Shown here piece after piece: positions 23,767 to 36,740 of a stretch of 64,000 bases of DNA. The notes under the pieces were generated by a model. It was not told where the DNA came from. It saw only the letters and a list, made by a program, of their open reading frames with translations, and searched no databases. Both the position numbers and the translations under genes were made by a program. The stretch is taken from the NCBI GenBank assembly GCA_051294375.1, contig CM119271.1, positions 118,721-182,720 on the forward strand, written 5' to 3'. How positions within the stretch are numbered: position 1 is the first letter of the stretch; every line of letters begins with the position of its first letter. This stretch comes from Paraspadella gotoi. Its lineage: Eukaryota > Animalia > Chaetognatha.

Positions 23767-25316
23767 TGTAGTGGTAGTATTTCATACCCCACTACTCGTC
23801 CGAGAATCAGCCGCACCTATGGCGCCGGAGGTAGCACGAGCTCCTCCCAACCCAAAGGACTCGGGTTCGCGCCCTGCTGATTCACACAAGTAAAAGCGGG
23901 ACGGGGCGTCTAACCCACCTGTAGTGTCGGACTACAGCCCGATCCGAAGTTCGGGAACTTGTGTGCAACGGACGGTAAACTGCTCTCGGCATCGTCTTCC
24001 ACATTGGTGAGCCCACACGAACACGCTGGCACGTTAATACACCTCTGCCCGGGCATGTTAACACACCTCTGCCCTCGGCCATCGTGTGTGAAGACGGGAG
24101 CAGGAATAGGCAGCCCCTCACAATTTTATTTGTATATTTTTGGATAAAAAAGGCGATCACAAGTCCATGTGGTGCATTAAAAAATCTTTAAATATGAAAT
24201 TTAATTTATTGTTGGCATATTTTCCTATCAATTAAAACCTTTTATGATAAAATATATCGAAAATTGACTCAAATATTAATATTTTTGAATATTTTTTTTA
24301 CTTTTTAAGCATTTTGGTGGAATTGTTTTTGTCAATATCTCAAAAACGAATTATCACAGAGAACTGAGATTAGACTCAAAAGAAAGATCATAATAAATGA
24401 GGATTCTTTTGGATGTATAATATTACTAATTATGCTCTTGCTTGATGTTCAATTATTTAAAAATATATATATAAAATTTAACAATTTTATACATAGCATT
24501 TCATAGTAGTATATGGTTGAAGAAAAATTTAAAATTAGGTTAATTTTGAAGCTAAGCCATTGTATGTTACATTTCTATAGTTTTTTAAAATAAGAATTGA
24601 TTAAGTCTTTCATGTAATATAATACAAAATGGTTACTATTTTTGTAATAAATTGAGTTATTTTTAATAATAACTTGGGAACGAATAATCGTAGGCTTATG
24701 AGAGTGAGTTCAAATTAAAGCTCTCTTTACATAGATAATGATTGATATAAAGAAGTAAAATTGACAAAGAATACGACAGAATGAGCAATTGTTGATTAGT
24801 TTCTCATTATTTGTTGTATGAAAAATTATAACAAAACTTTAAAATTCAATTAAAAAAAAACTTGCTTGGATCAGAATTTTTCGACTTCACTACGATGTAG
24901 TAAAAACATTATATTTTTCATTTTTTTGGTGTTTCAAAAATGGGTTATTTCTATTTTCTTTTGCTTTTGGGTGTCTAGGGAACCGTGACAACGCGTGCAT
25001 CATAGCCATCACACTTGCGCGGGTGTGTGATGCCTAGGGGGGGATGTGTGTGGTAGTATTTCATACCCCACTACTCGTCCGAGAATCAGCAGCACCTATG
25101 GCGCCGGACCAGACCGAACAGACCGGACAGGTTGAGGCTCCAGGTAGCACGAGCTCCTCCCAACCCAAGGACTACGGGTTCGCGCCCTGCTGATTCACAC
25201 AAGTAAAAACGGGACGGGGCGTTTAACCCACCTCTAGTGTCGGACTACAGCCCGATCTGAAGTTCGGGACCTTGTGTGCAACGGACGGTAAACTGCTCGC
25301 GGCATCGTCTCCCACA
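23767..25316 (+). mobile_element. Complete TRIM with tRNA-like LTRs, family 2, with an AT-rich internal insertion
   Basis: TSD ATAG (23763-66 / 25317-20), LTR1 23767-24003, PBS TGGTGAGCCC at 24005, PPT AGGGGGGGA at 25036-44, LTR2 25047-25316; A-box TGGCGCCGGAGG, B-box GGTTCGCGCCC. Confidence 0.85.
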
Positions 25317-27270
25317 ATAGAAACAATAAAAGCATTAAAATCGAACTTTTTTTAAAAATTCTTTTTTTACCTAAAAGTAGACTTCAACCCCCCGCCCCTA
25401 TTGATTTTAATTTCATAGTAGATTTCTATCACAGGCAACCCGGCTTTTGCTATAGTTCATAACATTTTAATGTTGATTTCTTGAAGTAACCCTGATATCT
25501 GATTGGTCACCCCTAGACTTGTCTTTGGACCTTCCTTTCCAACAATGTCAAATTGATCATTACCTTTGATTTCACTCACCTTGAAATGGTAAGGGCAATT
25601 CCTAATTTTATTTCTTATGAAAAAAATTATCGCGGTTACTTTCCAGGCATTTTAATTTAAGAATGGAAACATAAAATTTAGATATCGAGAAACCCTGGCA
25701 CCCGTTCCATGGCTGCTAGAGGGGGTTGTAGAAGTAACGGACAGTCATCTTCAGCCCACGTAGCGCCTTATCCACATTTATGTACGACAAAAAATACAAG
25801 AGTTCCATACAAAAGAAAATGAGTTGTCCAACAAAACTCTTCCTTTTTTTATCTTTTTCATATTTATACTTTTTATTTATACTAATTTCCAAGTATCAAT
25901 AAAAGTTATAAGGCTCCGGGTAAGTTTTCTGTAAACAAAGTGATCATTTTTATTTACCTTTGGATGTATTATCAGAACCAAGTATCAAACCAGTCACACA
26001 AAAAATCAAAGATTTTGTGGAAGTGAAAGACAATGCATTATCGTAATATGCAGCTCAAATCAAGCCTGGTTTATTTTATAGAGGATCAATCTTTTTCACT
26101 ACTTGCAAAGAACCATTTTTTACCCCAAATCTGATAAAAAAATATCATGTCAGAGATATAATATTAACAATAATGTGAGTAGTCCTCTTGATCAAAAAGA
26201 AGTGAAAACAGTTAGAGACAACCTCTTTTGGAAGTATTTGTATGCATTAAATAATTTTATGCTGTTGAGAAATAATAATTTTATTCAGTCCTAAGGTGGT
26301 TATATTATATATTAAAACTTATTTATTAGCCAAAAAAATATATTTAACAATGAAATTATTAACTGACTTTTCCAAACCGCGATAATTTTTTTTTCATCGT
26401 TGTACCAGAATTAGCTGTCTTCCCGCTCTCTCTCCCTCTTTACCTCTCTCATCCCGCTAAATAAAAAAAAACATTTTTACAAACAAAATTGTATAATTAC
26501 TACATCTGACAATCACATTGAACAAAAAAGCTGTTCACACAAATATTGAAAAAAATGCCATCTATACGAACGCAATCTGGTACGCTTAAGATTAAAATTT
26601 TTTTGAGGAAGTAAGAAAAATAAGGGAAAAAATAAAGACAAAAGGACAAGAGACCAAAACGATAATGTATATTTCACGAATATCGCCAAAAATAGTCGGC
26701 TTAGTCACCATAGCGACCATAGTCACAGTCACATAGTAATAATAATCTATGAACTCATTAAATAATAATTTGGAATTCTTTCTGCACAAAATCACCAGCA
26801 TTTTTTACGTTTTAAGTTAGTAAATTAATGGTTAAAAAAAAAGAAAATCATGAAAGTAAATTTTTGCAAAATGATTTTTACTTCTAAATGCTGAGAAATA
26901 TACGGCAACTTGTCATTTAGAAGACAATATTTGTATAAATAGGTAACTCTACAAAAATAAATTAGTATTTAATAGACGACAATAAATTCACACAGGAAGA
27001 CTAGATTATCGTGGTTGACGAGATACGGTGTACAAAAGGGCGGAGTGATGAAAGATTGAGCGATGGAACAATGTTTTTTGCTGCCTTTGTATATGTAATA
27101 TAAAATAATTAAGCCCTTTTTCAAAAAAAAATTTGCATAACAGTATCATTAATTGAATTTTGTTATAGTAATATTCTTAGGCATAGCGAATTTCCTTTCT
27201 TTTCGTTGTGTTTGGATTAGTAGAAATAAGTTTGAGTTTATTTGCAACAACGATTTTATTAGTACATAAG

Positions 27271-27313
27271 GACGTACATGTTTCGGCTTTAGTTACAAGC
27301 CTTCTTCAGCGTC
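27271..27313 (-). ncRNA. Intact minimal type I hammerhead ribozyme
   Basis: GACG-CTGAAGA-A-GGCTT(gtaacta)AAGCC-GAAA-CATGT-A-CGTC: perfect stems I and II, palindromic ACATGT stem III, GUA cleavage triplet. Confidence 0.85.
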
Positions 27314-27673
27314 TACTAGTAATATTCTTGTAAAATCATAAACTTTCAAAATCTTTTTTTTTTTAAATTTTAAGAACAGTTTTAGATTCGCCGGAAAAAA
27401 CTGACAAACTTTTGTAAAATATGTTACATGATATTTTTAGGTGAAAGCTGCGAAAAATGATAAAAACGTTTCATCATATAACAGTTTCTACTACAAAGCG
27501 TAAAAAAGTGGAGAATTTAACCCTTTTTTTCGATTTTTGACGCTGAAGACATTGAAATTTTTAATAACATATTTTATATTTTTGATCTAACTTTTTATGA
27601 AGAATCAGAATCTTTAATAAAAATTTTGGGCAAAATGATTTTTGTTTCACAACGAATTTTATTTAATCATATA

Positions 27674-27716
27674 AACGTACATGTTTCGGCTTTGGATGCA
27701 AGCCTTCTTCAGCGTC
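27674..27716 (-). ncRNA. Intact minimal type I hammerhead ribozyme
   Basis: GACG-CTGAAGA-A-GGCTT(gcatcca)AAGCC-GAAA-CATGT-A-CGTT. Confidence 0.8.
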
Positions 27717-28264
27717 AAATCATTGATCATTTTAAAAAATCATTTTAAAAATGTATTACTATAAATATATTGTAATTAATGATACTGTTCCCCAAACAAT
27801 ATAAGCAAAATATTTTTTGTACTCCTTAATCATATTATCTCACGTCTAAATATCCTTGTTTGTTCACTCAAATAAAATTTATGTTCCCCAGTGCTCCACT
27901 CTAGTGTACAAGTACATTGTCAATTGTATGTCCAATGTCCAAGGTCCATTGTACAAGCAAAATATAAATTTCTTTCAAAGTAGCACGCGGTATTTTAGCA
28001 GTTGATTCATTTTGGATAGCAGACTATTTGAAGAAAATAAAAAAATAAAATTTAGTCTGGATCGACAATCATTGTAATATAGTATATTCTACCTTGTATC
28101 AAAACGCAAATGGCACACAAACTTTTAACGTTACTGGAATATTTAAATCAGATAATGTATTTCAATTTAATTCCTGATTTAGTTACAATTATAAAGTTGT
28201 TAATTAATTATTACATTAAAAAAAATTTGGATTTTTCTGAAGATATATAAATAAACCTTCTTAA

Positions 28265-29113
28265 GGGGACCCAGTGATAAAAATGATATCATAAGCTTAA
28301 GGGTCTATCATCAAAAGAATTTGAAAGGTGATAGTCATTAATTTTTCTTTGCACGGGAAAGTGGCAAAAAAAATCCTATCTCTTATTGTAGCGGAAACAA
28401 AATTTTATTAATTATCAAAAAAAATTTAGTTGATCCTACCTAAATATTTATATGATCCATTATTTTATTTATGCATTAAAAAATGTTATTTTTTACTGTA
28501 TAAAGCTACAATTTTAGGTTTAAGCCTCATTCAACAAAGGCTTTACAAGACTAATATTTTTTTATTTTTATATTCACTTAAAAGCAAAAAAATCAAACTT
28601 AAATTATATTCTTATAGAAATAAAGCTGTAATAACCATTCATTAATATTTATATTCATCCCTTAAGCGTATTATTAAACTATATTGATTCCTAATTATAA
28701 TAATTAAAAATTTAGCAAAAGTACAGAACCTTTTTCTTTTTTTTATATTTATATTACTTCAGAGAGATTTATTTTTACAAAATTATTTAAAAATAAAGTT
28801 TAAATAAAATCAGTCGATACCTTAAATTTTGATTCATTCTTAGTTTTTTTTTTTGTTATAAATTTTTGTAATAAAAGTTGAAAATATTTTTAAAATTAGA
28901 TCTTACCCTTTTTTAACAAAAAAATTTAAATTTAAAAAAGATTTTGTTCTTACCGATTTTTTCAAGAAAATTAAACTCGCTGATTATATCGAATTTTTTA
29001 ACTACTTTCTCAAATGATTATAGAAGAAAAAATTATATAGTCAGCACCAGCTTAAATTAAAGGGTCAAACATTATGCTTTCAGATTTTTATCCCCCCTGG
29101 TCACTGGGTCCCC
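28265..29113. mobile_element. Non-autonomous DNA transposon, Kolobok-like
   Basis: 13-bp TIR GGGGACCCAGTGA / TCACTGGGTCCCC flanked by TTAA on both sides; purine-starting termini fit Kolobok rather than piggyBac. Confidence 0.75.
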
Positions 29114-29375
29114 TTAAGGAAAAAAATTAAATTCTATTTGAAAATAAGGAGTAAATATCAAAAAGCTAGTATTATAGTACTAAAAAAATAAGAAACCCCT
29201 TCCTGCTCCTGTGTATTAAAAATAATATATTCACGATTGGAAAACTGTGCATGTTAATAAGTATTTTTAAACACAACATTAATTTTTAATCTAATTTTCC
29301 TTTATTCTTCTATTTTTCTTCTTCCTCCCCATCAATGATCCTCTTCTCTCCTCCCTTCCTCCTCCTTCCTCCCCA

Positions 29376-30127
29376 TCAATGATCCTCTTCTCTCCTCCCT
29401 TCCTCCTCCTCCTTCCACTCCCTCCACCATTTCTCGATCGGCGGCCTCTCCGCCGGAAATGCAGGAATTCCGTATTTAGTTTCTCCGGCGGCGTAGTCCG
29501 GTCCTCCGCCGGAAAATTTGTATCTGGACGAGGTTGGGGGGCGAAGATGGAAGAGGAAAAGGAGGAGGAGGAGGAAAAAGAGGAGGTATAGAAAAAAGAG
29601 GGGAAGAAGAAAAGAAGAGGAAGCGGAATAGGAGGAGGAAGAGAAAATGGAAGAGGAAGAGGAAAAGTAGGAAGAAGTAGAAAGGGAAGAGGAATTTGGC
29701 ATAGTTTGCTTCTGATTTTTTAGACTGGGTGATTATATATTAATCCATATTGTACATACTACATAATGGTTCATCAAATTTTCCTATTTTTCAAGCCATT
29801 CATGACGACCCTCAAAGCTCTCTCACACATTATAAGTAAGTCGCCTCACATGCTTATTTCTCACCATTCCTTTTCACCACCCTCCCTGCACCATGCCCCA
29901 TTCCACAATGCCCCCACTCCAACGCACCTGATCGTGTTGCCATGCTCGTCCACCATGCTGTTCCACGGCTCCGGGTTAGCTCGGGGCCTGAAGGAGACGG
30001 CGGGATTGTAGAGGGCGTCCCGGATCAACTTGGCGATCCCGAGGCTGCAGCCGAATCCCACGGCGCCGAGGAGCGGCCACAGACAGTAATTGGCGCGAAG
30101 TCCGGCGCGGTTGAATAGAGGCAGCAT
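29376..30127 (-). CDS. NDUFA4: NDUFA4/COXFA4 (MLRQ) family mitochondrial complex IV subunit, 115 aa; exons 29928-30127 and 29376-29523
   Basis: LWPLLGAVGFGCSLGIAKLIRDALYNPAVSFRPRANPEPWN...IR|YKFSGGGPDY...ERP matches LIPLF..IG.G.....YL.RLALFNPDV.W...NPEPWN...YKF....DY...ERP; phase-2 GT-AG intron. Confidence 0.88.
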
Positions 30128-31232
30128 CGTTGGGTGATCTTTAATGTAATTTGGTTTTCGTTTCGTTTTTCTTTTATTTTATTTTATTTTTTTAATCTCA
30201 GACTAAAAACATTTTCTTTCGATTCAGTCCTTTTTTCGGCAGTTTTTTTTTCTTTTCAACCTATTTTTTTCCTATATTCTGTTAAGGAAACAAAGGAGTG
30301 AAATATTTAGCATCTAATTGATTTAAATCCTAAAAAACCGTTTCGTGACTTTAATCTCATTTGCATATTGCAGTATATTTTTTTTAAGATTACTGAAAAA
30401 GTATTTGGATTCTGTTTCAGAGCAGAATGATGATTCCGCCATAATTTAAAAGTAAGTATCGTTAGGATTATTTAAATCACAGTTTTGGATAACTTGTTTT
30501 TTGAACAGAAAATATATACCAAAAACAGTTGCCCCCGAACCGAGAGATTTTATAAACTACTATTTTCGAATGACGAACTCTGACTCCACGCTGGAGTTGG
30601 AGCCACGCTGATGGCCACAACTATAAAATATTATTTAAACATGTTCATAGCTGGGAACATGGAACAAGTGTGGTGTATGAGTTTCCTTCGTAAAATTGGT
30701 TCAACTAATATAAAATCATCCATTCATTTAATATGTAAGCTCTCTTGTCCTTGACTTTGGACAGGCTTTGGTGGTTTAAGGCCTCCATCACTCTTACAAG
30801 ATAATGAAGTGGCATAATATTTCAAAGAACGTTTCAATTGTATTAAAAGAACACTCCCTTAAGTATTAGACCGGGGAATACTATATTGTACTCCGCACTA
30901 GCATCAAAATACAAGGAGCGGAATTTTATTTTCCTCTCTCTTTCTCTCNNNNNNNNNNCTCTCTCTTTCTCTCTTTCTCTTTATTTTTCTCTCTCTTTCC
31001 CTCTCTCCCTTTATTTTTCTCTCTCTTTCCCTCTCTCTCTTTATTTTTCTCTCTCTTTCTCTCTCTCCCTTACATCTATTTTTTATTATTCTGCCTCAAA
31101 AATATCATCGTTGATCTGTTTTTTCTCTTCCTCCTCCTCCTCTTCTTCTTCCTCACTTCTCAGTAAGGCGCAGAAAATATTCTAAATTTAACTTTAATTA
31201 AAATTCTTAGACATCATGAATTTCCTTTCTAT

Positions 31233-32560
31233 TTAATGTTTTCTACAACGACTTTATTAGTATCAGAACGTACATGTTTCGGCTTACGTACAAGCCTTCA
31301 TCATCGGTAACATCTGGTTTGTGAATTTGTGAAATTATTTTGTGCAAAAGAAGAGAGAGAGAGAGAGAAAGGGCAAAGTTTCCAAGACAGAGATGAGAAA
31401 AGAATAGTGGTCAGATGTTTGGACAGGTTCAGTTGAGCACAGATTCTGAAAAAGAAATTAAATGGTGAAAGAGAGAGACAGAGACATATTAGAAACAATA
31501 CATTATTCAATGTACAACAAAGATAAATTCTTTAAACTAAAAGTTGATAATAAACATTTAACAGTTAACTACTATAAATTAGTGAATATGAAAATAAAAA
31601 ATGAAAGGTGAAAATTTGAGGAATATGAGTTTTGAAAAAAATTTAAGAATTAAGAAAAAGCTCAAAATGGTCTGGGCCCCCTTTGGTTGAAGCAAATGAA
31701 AGGCCTGATCGATGAGGTTGAGTCATTAACGCGTCAGTGGTTGAGAGGACAAGTCGGTTGAGCCTATTTGTGCTGGACTAGGGAGGCTTCCTTGCGGGAA
31801 GAGTCCAAGGGCTATCCGAATGTCTCTCTGGCCTGGTACGCCTGTCGACTGCCCTCTTCTCACCTGCAAGGCGGGCGGTTGTCCATTCTTGCCGCTTTCG
31901 CAACATGAGTTATGCACTCCTCCCCTTCCTCCTGCAGCCATCTTTTGGGTGGGCGCTCACACCACAGAGAGAGAGAGTGAGTTGCTGCAGGTGAAGGAGA
32001 GGCATCGTTTGCCCATTGCCTACGCAAAGGTCTCCGCCTGTTTTGTTGAGTGGATACAGGGGAATCATTGTGTGGACATGGTGGTGACGGGGCCTACACC
32101 ACCTCATTTTGAGCTCTTCCTTAATTCTTAAAAATTTTTCACTTTAACAACTATTCAAAACTCATATTCCTCAAATTTTCACCTTTCATTTTTCATTTTC
32201 ATATTCACTAATTTATAGTAGTTAACTGTTAAATGTTTATTATCACTTTTAGTTTAAAGAATTTATCTTTGTTGTAAATTGAATAATGTATTGTTTCTAA
32301 TATTTCTCTGTCTCTGTCTCTCTCTTTCACCATTTAATTTCTTTTTCAGAATCTGTCCTCAACTGAACCTGTCCAAACATTTGACCACTATTCTTTTCTC
32401 ATCTCTGTCTTGGAAACTTTGCCCTTTCTCTCTCTCTCTCTCTTCTTTTGCACAAAATAATTTCACAAATTCACAAAACAAATGTTAACGCTGATGAAGG
32501 CTTGTACGTAAGCCGAAACGTACGTTCTGATACTAATAAAGTCGTTGTAGAAAACATTAA
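31233..32560. mobile_element. Inverted Penelope-like terminal repeats (~440-bp arms) enclosing an ORF 3' remnant; hammerheads at 31267-31307 (minus, C3 mutated) and 32487-32526 (plus)
   Basis: Arms 31233-31670 and 32106-32560 are near-perfect reverse complements; part of the spacer is homologous to about 2310-2520. Confidence 0.8.
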
Positions 32561-33178
32561 AACGTCTCCAAATTAAAATTCTAAAAGTTAAGAACGAATA
32601 ACATTGTACTAATTAATATTTTTTTATAAAAAATATTATTATAAATTTCATAATTTACGTATTAGATCATATTTATACATAATACTAATACAATAAATGT
32701 TGAAATTTCGTCACAAAAAGTTGATAAAAAGATAACTCTTTTTGAAAAATTCCTTCATTAAGACTTTAGTAGGTCAAAAATCAGAAAAAGCTATATTTTA
32801 AGCTAAAAATTAACTTTTATATATTAAATATAGTTTTTCTAATTTTTAACTCACTTATTAAAAGAATTTTTAAAAATAAGTTATATTTTCTTTTATCAAC
32901 TTTTGACGAGGATTTCAAATCTGCAATCAAAATTAAGAAAAGCCTATTTTGAATTTTTTCAATTTTATTTTAGTACTCATGTGTAAATCCTTTCTATTTT
33001 GCTGTGTTTGTAGATTATAGACAGTTTTCAAAAACTAAATTCATTCTGTCCTTACCCTTGGCCTATTCTCACCACTGATCACTGTCTTTTCTAAACTCTG
33101 TGTTGGAAACTTTGCCCTCTCTCTCTCTCTCTCCCCTCCTTTAAATGAAAAATTTGTGAATAATTCACAAAACATTTT

Positions 33179-33220
33179 GGCGCTGATGAAGGCTCGAATT
33201 TGAGCCGAAACATGTTCGTC
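33179..33220 (+). ncRNA. Minimal type I hammerhead ribozyme in a Penelope-like tail
   Basis: GGCG-CTGATGA-A-GGCTC(gaattt)GAGCC-GAAA-CATGT-T-CGTC. Confidence 0.8.
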
Positions 33221-34565
33221 CTTTAATCATAAATTGTTGTTGCAAATATTTAAACTGTCTATAAAGGATAGTACTAAATATAAATATAGCCAAAAGCGAA
33301 AATTAAAAAACATAATTATTTTTTTTACAAACTAATTTTTACAGACGTAAATAATTAACTTTTAGAATTTTCACGCTCTACTCCTCATCCCCCTTTCTAT
33401 TCCCGGCCCTTACCCTAACTTTTCCGCCTTACCTAATTCTTTAATTAAACCTTCTCGCATCTCATCCTTCTTTTAAGTCGCTTGAAGCTCACGTCTCTTT
33501 TTCTTTTTCTTTGTTCCGTTTTTCTCCGTGGATTTTTCTTCCTCCCCCCCCCCCACGAAATCCTCAGAGACTTCGTATTTTCCCTCCCTTATTTCTCCCT
33601 CACCCACACAACCTTTCTCACAAAGCAGGCGTCATCCCCCCCCCCCCGCGTTGTTGTCGCGTCCGCCTCAATAAATCAAATCCTTTGCAGCGGTTTTCTT
33701 TTTTACGCCAGACGTGACGCTGGGATGGCGTGCAGTGAATTGGCGCAATAGCATGGCAGCATGGCTTTGCTTGTTGCAACTGGTTATGTAGAAAATGTTT
33801 TTGTATTATCTATGCCCGTGGAGTCGAAACGTCGTCGTAACGCCCGTCGAAATGTTTCAACATGAGTAGTGCCGAAGAATTAAGAAGAAAAAGTATTTAA
33901 TATTTATCAAAAAATCCACCGGAAAACTCGTAAAAACGGATTTTCCTCCGGGCGAAACGAAATTAATGAGATTTCAAACGAAGCTAAAGTAAAAAACGAT
34001 TTCTCTCTCGGAATACGGGTTTTACCTAAATTACCGCGAAAAATATTGGCCCATTTGAAAACTGGCCGAGAAAAAGTTAAGAGAGACAGTGGCGAGGCGT
34101 AACATCTTGCACAGGTTAGTTAATGTTAGGTAATGTAATTGTAAAGAAACGAGATTTGCGTTGGATTTCACTTAAGATCGAAACCCGGAGTGTTGAACCG
34201 AATCTGTGACCTCGGGTGTGAACTCAAAAGGTTAAACGTTTGACCCCGGCCCGAGTAAATGGTCTCATGGACCAGGCTAAACCAGATTTAGAGCGTGTTT
34301 AGACTAAGTAATCGATAATTTACTTTTAATTTATGAAATTTTCACGACCAATATAATGTTTTTTTTTTCTTTTTCTTTTCTATCTTTTCTTTTCTTTTCA
34401 TTATTTTTGGATTAATTCTTTTCATTTTGATTTTTCTTTCACCTCTCTGCTCTCATCCTATATTTTTAATGCGCCTCGACAGCTTATTTTTAGCGATACT
34501 ATATTAAATTATCGTTGTTGACAATAAAAAATCTTATTCATTTCCACTAGCGATACTATCATAAT

Positions 34566-34604
34566 CAGAGAGAGAGAGAGAGAGAACCATGTTTTCATAT
34601 CAGC

Positions 34605-34661
<57 letters not shown>

Positions 34662-34690
34662 GAGAAGAGAGAGAGAGAGAGAGAGAGAGA
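34566..34690. repeat. (GA)n microsatellite cluster
   Basis: Direct observation. Confidence 0.9.
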
Positions 34691-36319
34691 CATGTTTTCA
34701 TATCGGCGTTGAATCGAAAAATGGAAACGCAATACATCGTCGATTTTGCACGAGGCCAAAAAAAAATGTGCGAAAATGAATAAAATAACGAGAAAAATAT
34801 ATTTAATATTTTTTTTATATTCCTGAATTCGCTTATTTAGAAACTTCTTTTAGAAACGCTTTAAAGTTTAATACGTTGTCATTCATTTGTTCAGTTTTAA
34901 AATTCATTATTATTATTTCTTATTTATTCTTATTTTCCTGCTTATTTTTCTTCTCCTCCAAAAAAAAGGAACTGACACTTGGCAAATTGCAAATGCGAAT
35001 GGCAGGAATTTTTTTAGTGAACGTGACACGAATTTACTAGCGAAACTTTCGACTGTGACAAGTGACAAACTCCTCGGACCGTGACAAGAGCTCGGACGGA
35101 CTTGTTTTAAGTGACTAAATCGTTTCGTGATCTTCTGATCAGCGTGTAGCACTTTTTTCTACGAAATAGGGATAAAGAAAAATCGAAAAATTCTTGGAAT
35201 TTAAGAGATTGCACCGACGAGGTTAGATTTTTACAGATTTCCGATCCTACTGAATAATTTTCAATTTTCGCTAACCGAAACGTAGAAATTCTGAGGATAA
35301 GGAATGAAACACAAGTTATTTTGTTTTTGTTTCTTTTTATTTCTAAAACTTTGTTATACAACGCAATTAAAAATTCAATTTTTTGCGTCATGTTTTTTAT
35401 TTCTAAAAAAAATCGAGATAATATTTCGCGTTGAATTAGAAAAGTCGATTTTTTCGTTTGTTTACGTTAAAAAAATTTAAAGAGNNNNNNNNNNAGAGAG
35501 AGAGGAACGAGGACGCGCGAGCGAGATGGAGTCACCTCGAGTCACGCTCAAGGAGAAAACGGTCGCTCTCGTACTCGCTCTCTCTTTCCCCCTCATCGCG
35601 TCTCTTTTTAAAGAATCGAAGCTTAGGCTGCCGCTGCCGCCGCCGCCGCCGCCGCTGCCGCCGCTGCCAACGCTGATAATTATTCTCGGCCTTCGAGTGT
35701 ACAGTACAGTACAGACTTGAGGGCGTTCCGTTTAGACTTGGAAAGTCGCTCCCCCCCCGTTTGAAGAGTCCGTATATGAGGTGGCGGGCAGGGTAGACCG
35801 TCAAACTCGCAATATTCAGGAAATTCAGGAAATTCAGTTCGTCAGCTGTCTAATAGTGATCTGACCCAATGTCGCCGAGTAATTAAAAGTTTTTGTTTTC
35901 TTTGTTTAGTTGTTATTAATATTTTTTTTTTTTTGCTTGAAACCAGGAAAACAAATTTGTCGTGGGATGAAACAACGTAGTTTCGCTGAGAAGTTAAGGT
36001 GATCATTATTTCCCATTCACAGCTTTTTTCCGGTTCCATTTTTCGGGCCAAAGTCGCAGCACCTGCAACGACTGCGGCGGCAAAAGTTAGGAAATGTTAA
36101 AGCCAACTGAGACGCAACCCATTCACTTGATAAGCATTTGACATCGGTCCTAACTCAAATCCGAATAATTCTTAGGAGTTAACGTTCGGCTAGCATCAGC
36201 AGCTGTTTGTTCGCAGCAGGAAGACGCATCGTCGATCGGACTCATTGCAGTCGGAAACCCTTCCCCCCCCCTCACGATTCACGAGCGAAGGAAGGGAAAT
36301 CGATTTGGATGACCTCGAC

Positions 36320-36740
36320 GGTGAATGAGGAAAAGAAGGAAGAGGAGGAAGAAGATGGGGAGGAAGAGGAAGAGGAGGGGAGGAAGGAGGAAGTAGGGGA
36401 TGAGGAGGGAGGGAAGAGGAAGATGTGGAAGAAGAAGAGGAGGAGGAACAGGCTGAAGAGGAGGAGGAAGAGGGGGAGGATGAGGGGGAGGAAGAGTAGG
36501 AGGAAGAGGGGGAGGAAGAGAAGGTTTCAGAGGGAAGGCAAAGGGCCAGGGAGGGAGTGAGTCGTGGGGAGAGTCGAGGATGAAGTAAGTGAGAAAAAGG
36601 AAGAAGAGAGAGAAAGAGAGGGGGAAGCGGATGAAGAGGAAGAGAGAGGAAAAGGGAGGAAAATGGAGGAAGAGAGAGGAAAAGGGAGGAAGAGAGAGGA
36701 AAAGGGAGGAAGAGAGAGGAAAAGGGAGGAAGAGAGGGGT
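36320..36740. repeat. Purine-rich low-complexity tract with 20-bp tandem unit GAAGAGAGAGGAAAAGGGAG
   Basis: Direct observation; Glu-rich readings switch frame and hit stops. Confidence 0.75.

Larger units (their letters stand above)
27036..27903. mobile_element. hAT-type MITE (same family as 46447-47073)
   Basis: Termini AAGGGCGGAG...CTCCACTCTA, 8-bp TSD GTGTACAA (27028-35 / 27904-11); carries two hammerhead-tail insertions. Confidence 0.85.
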
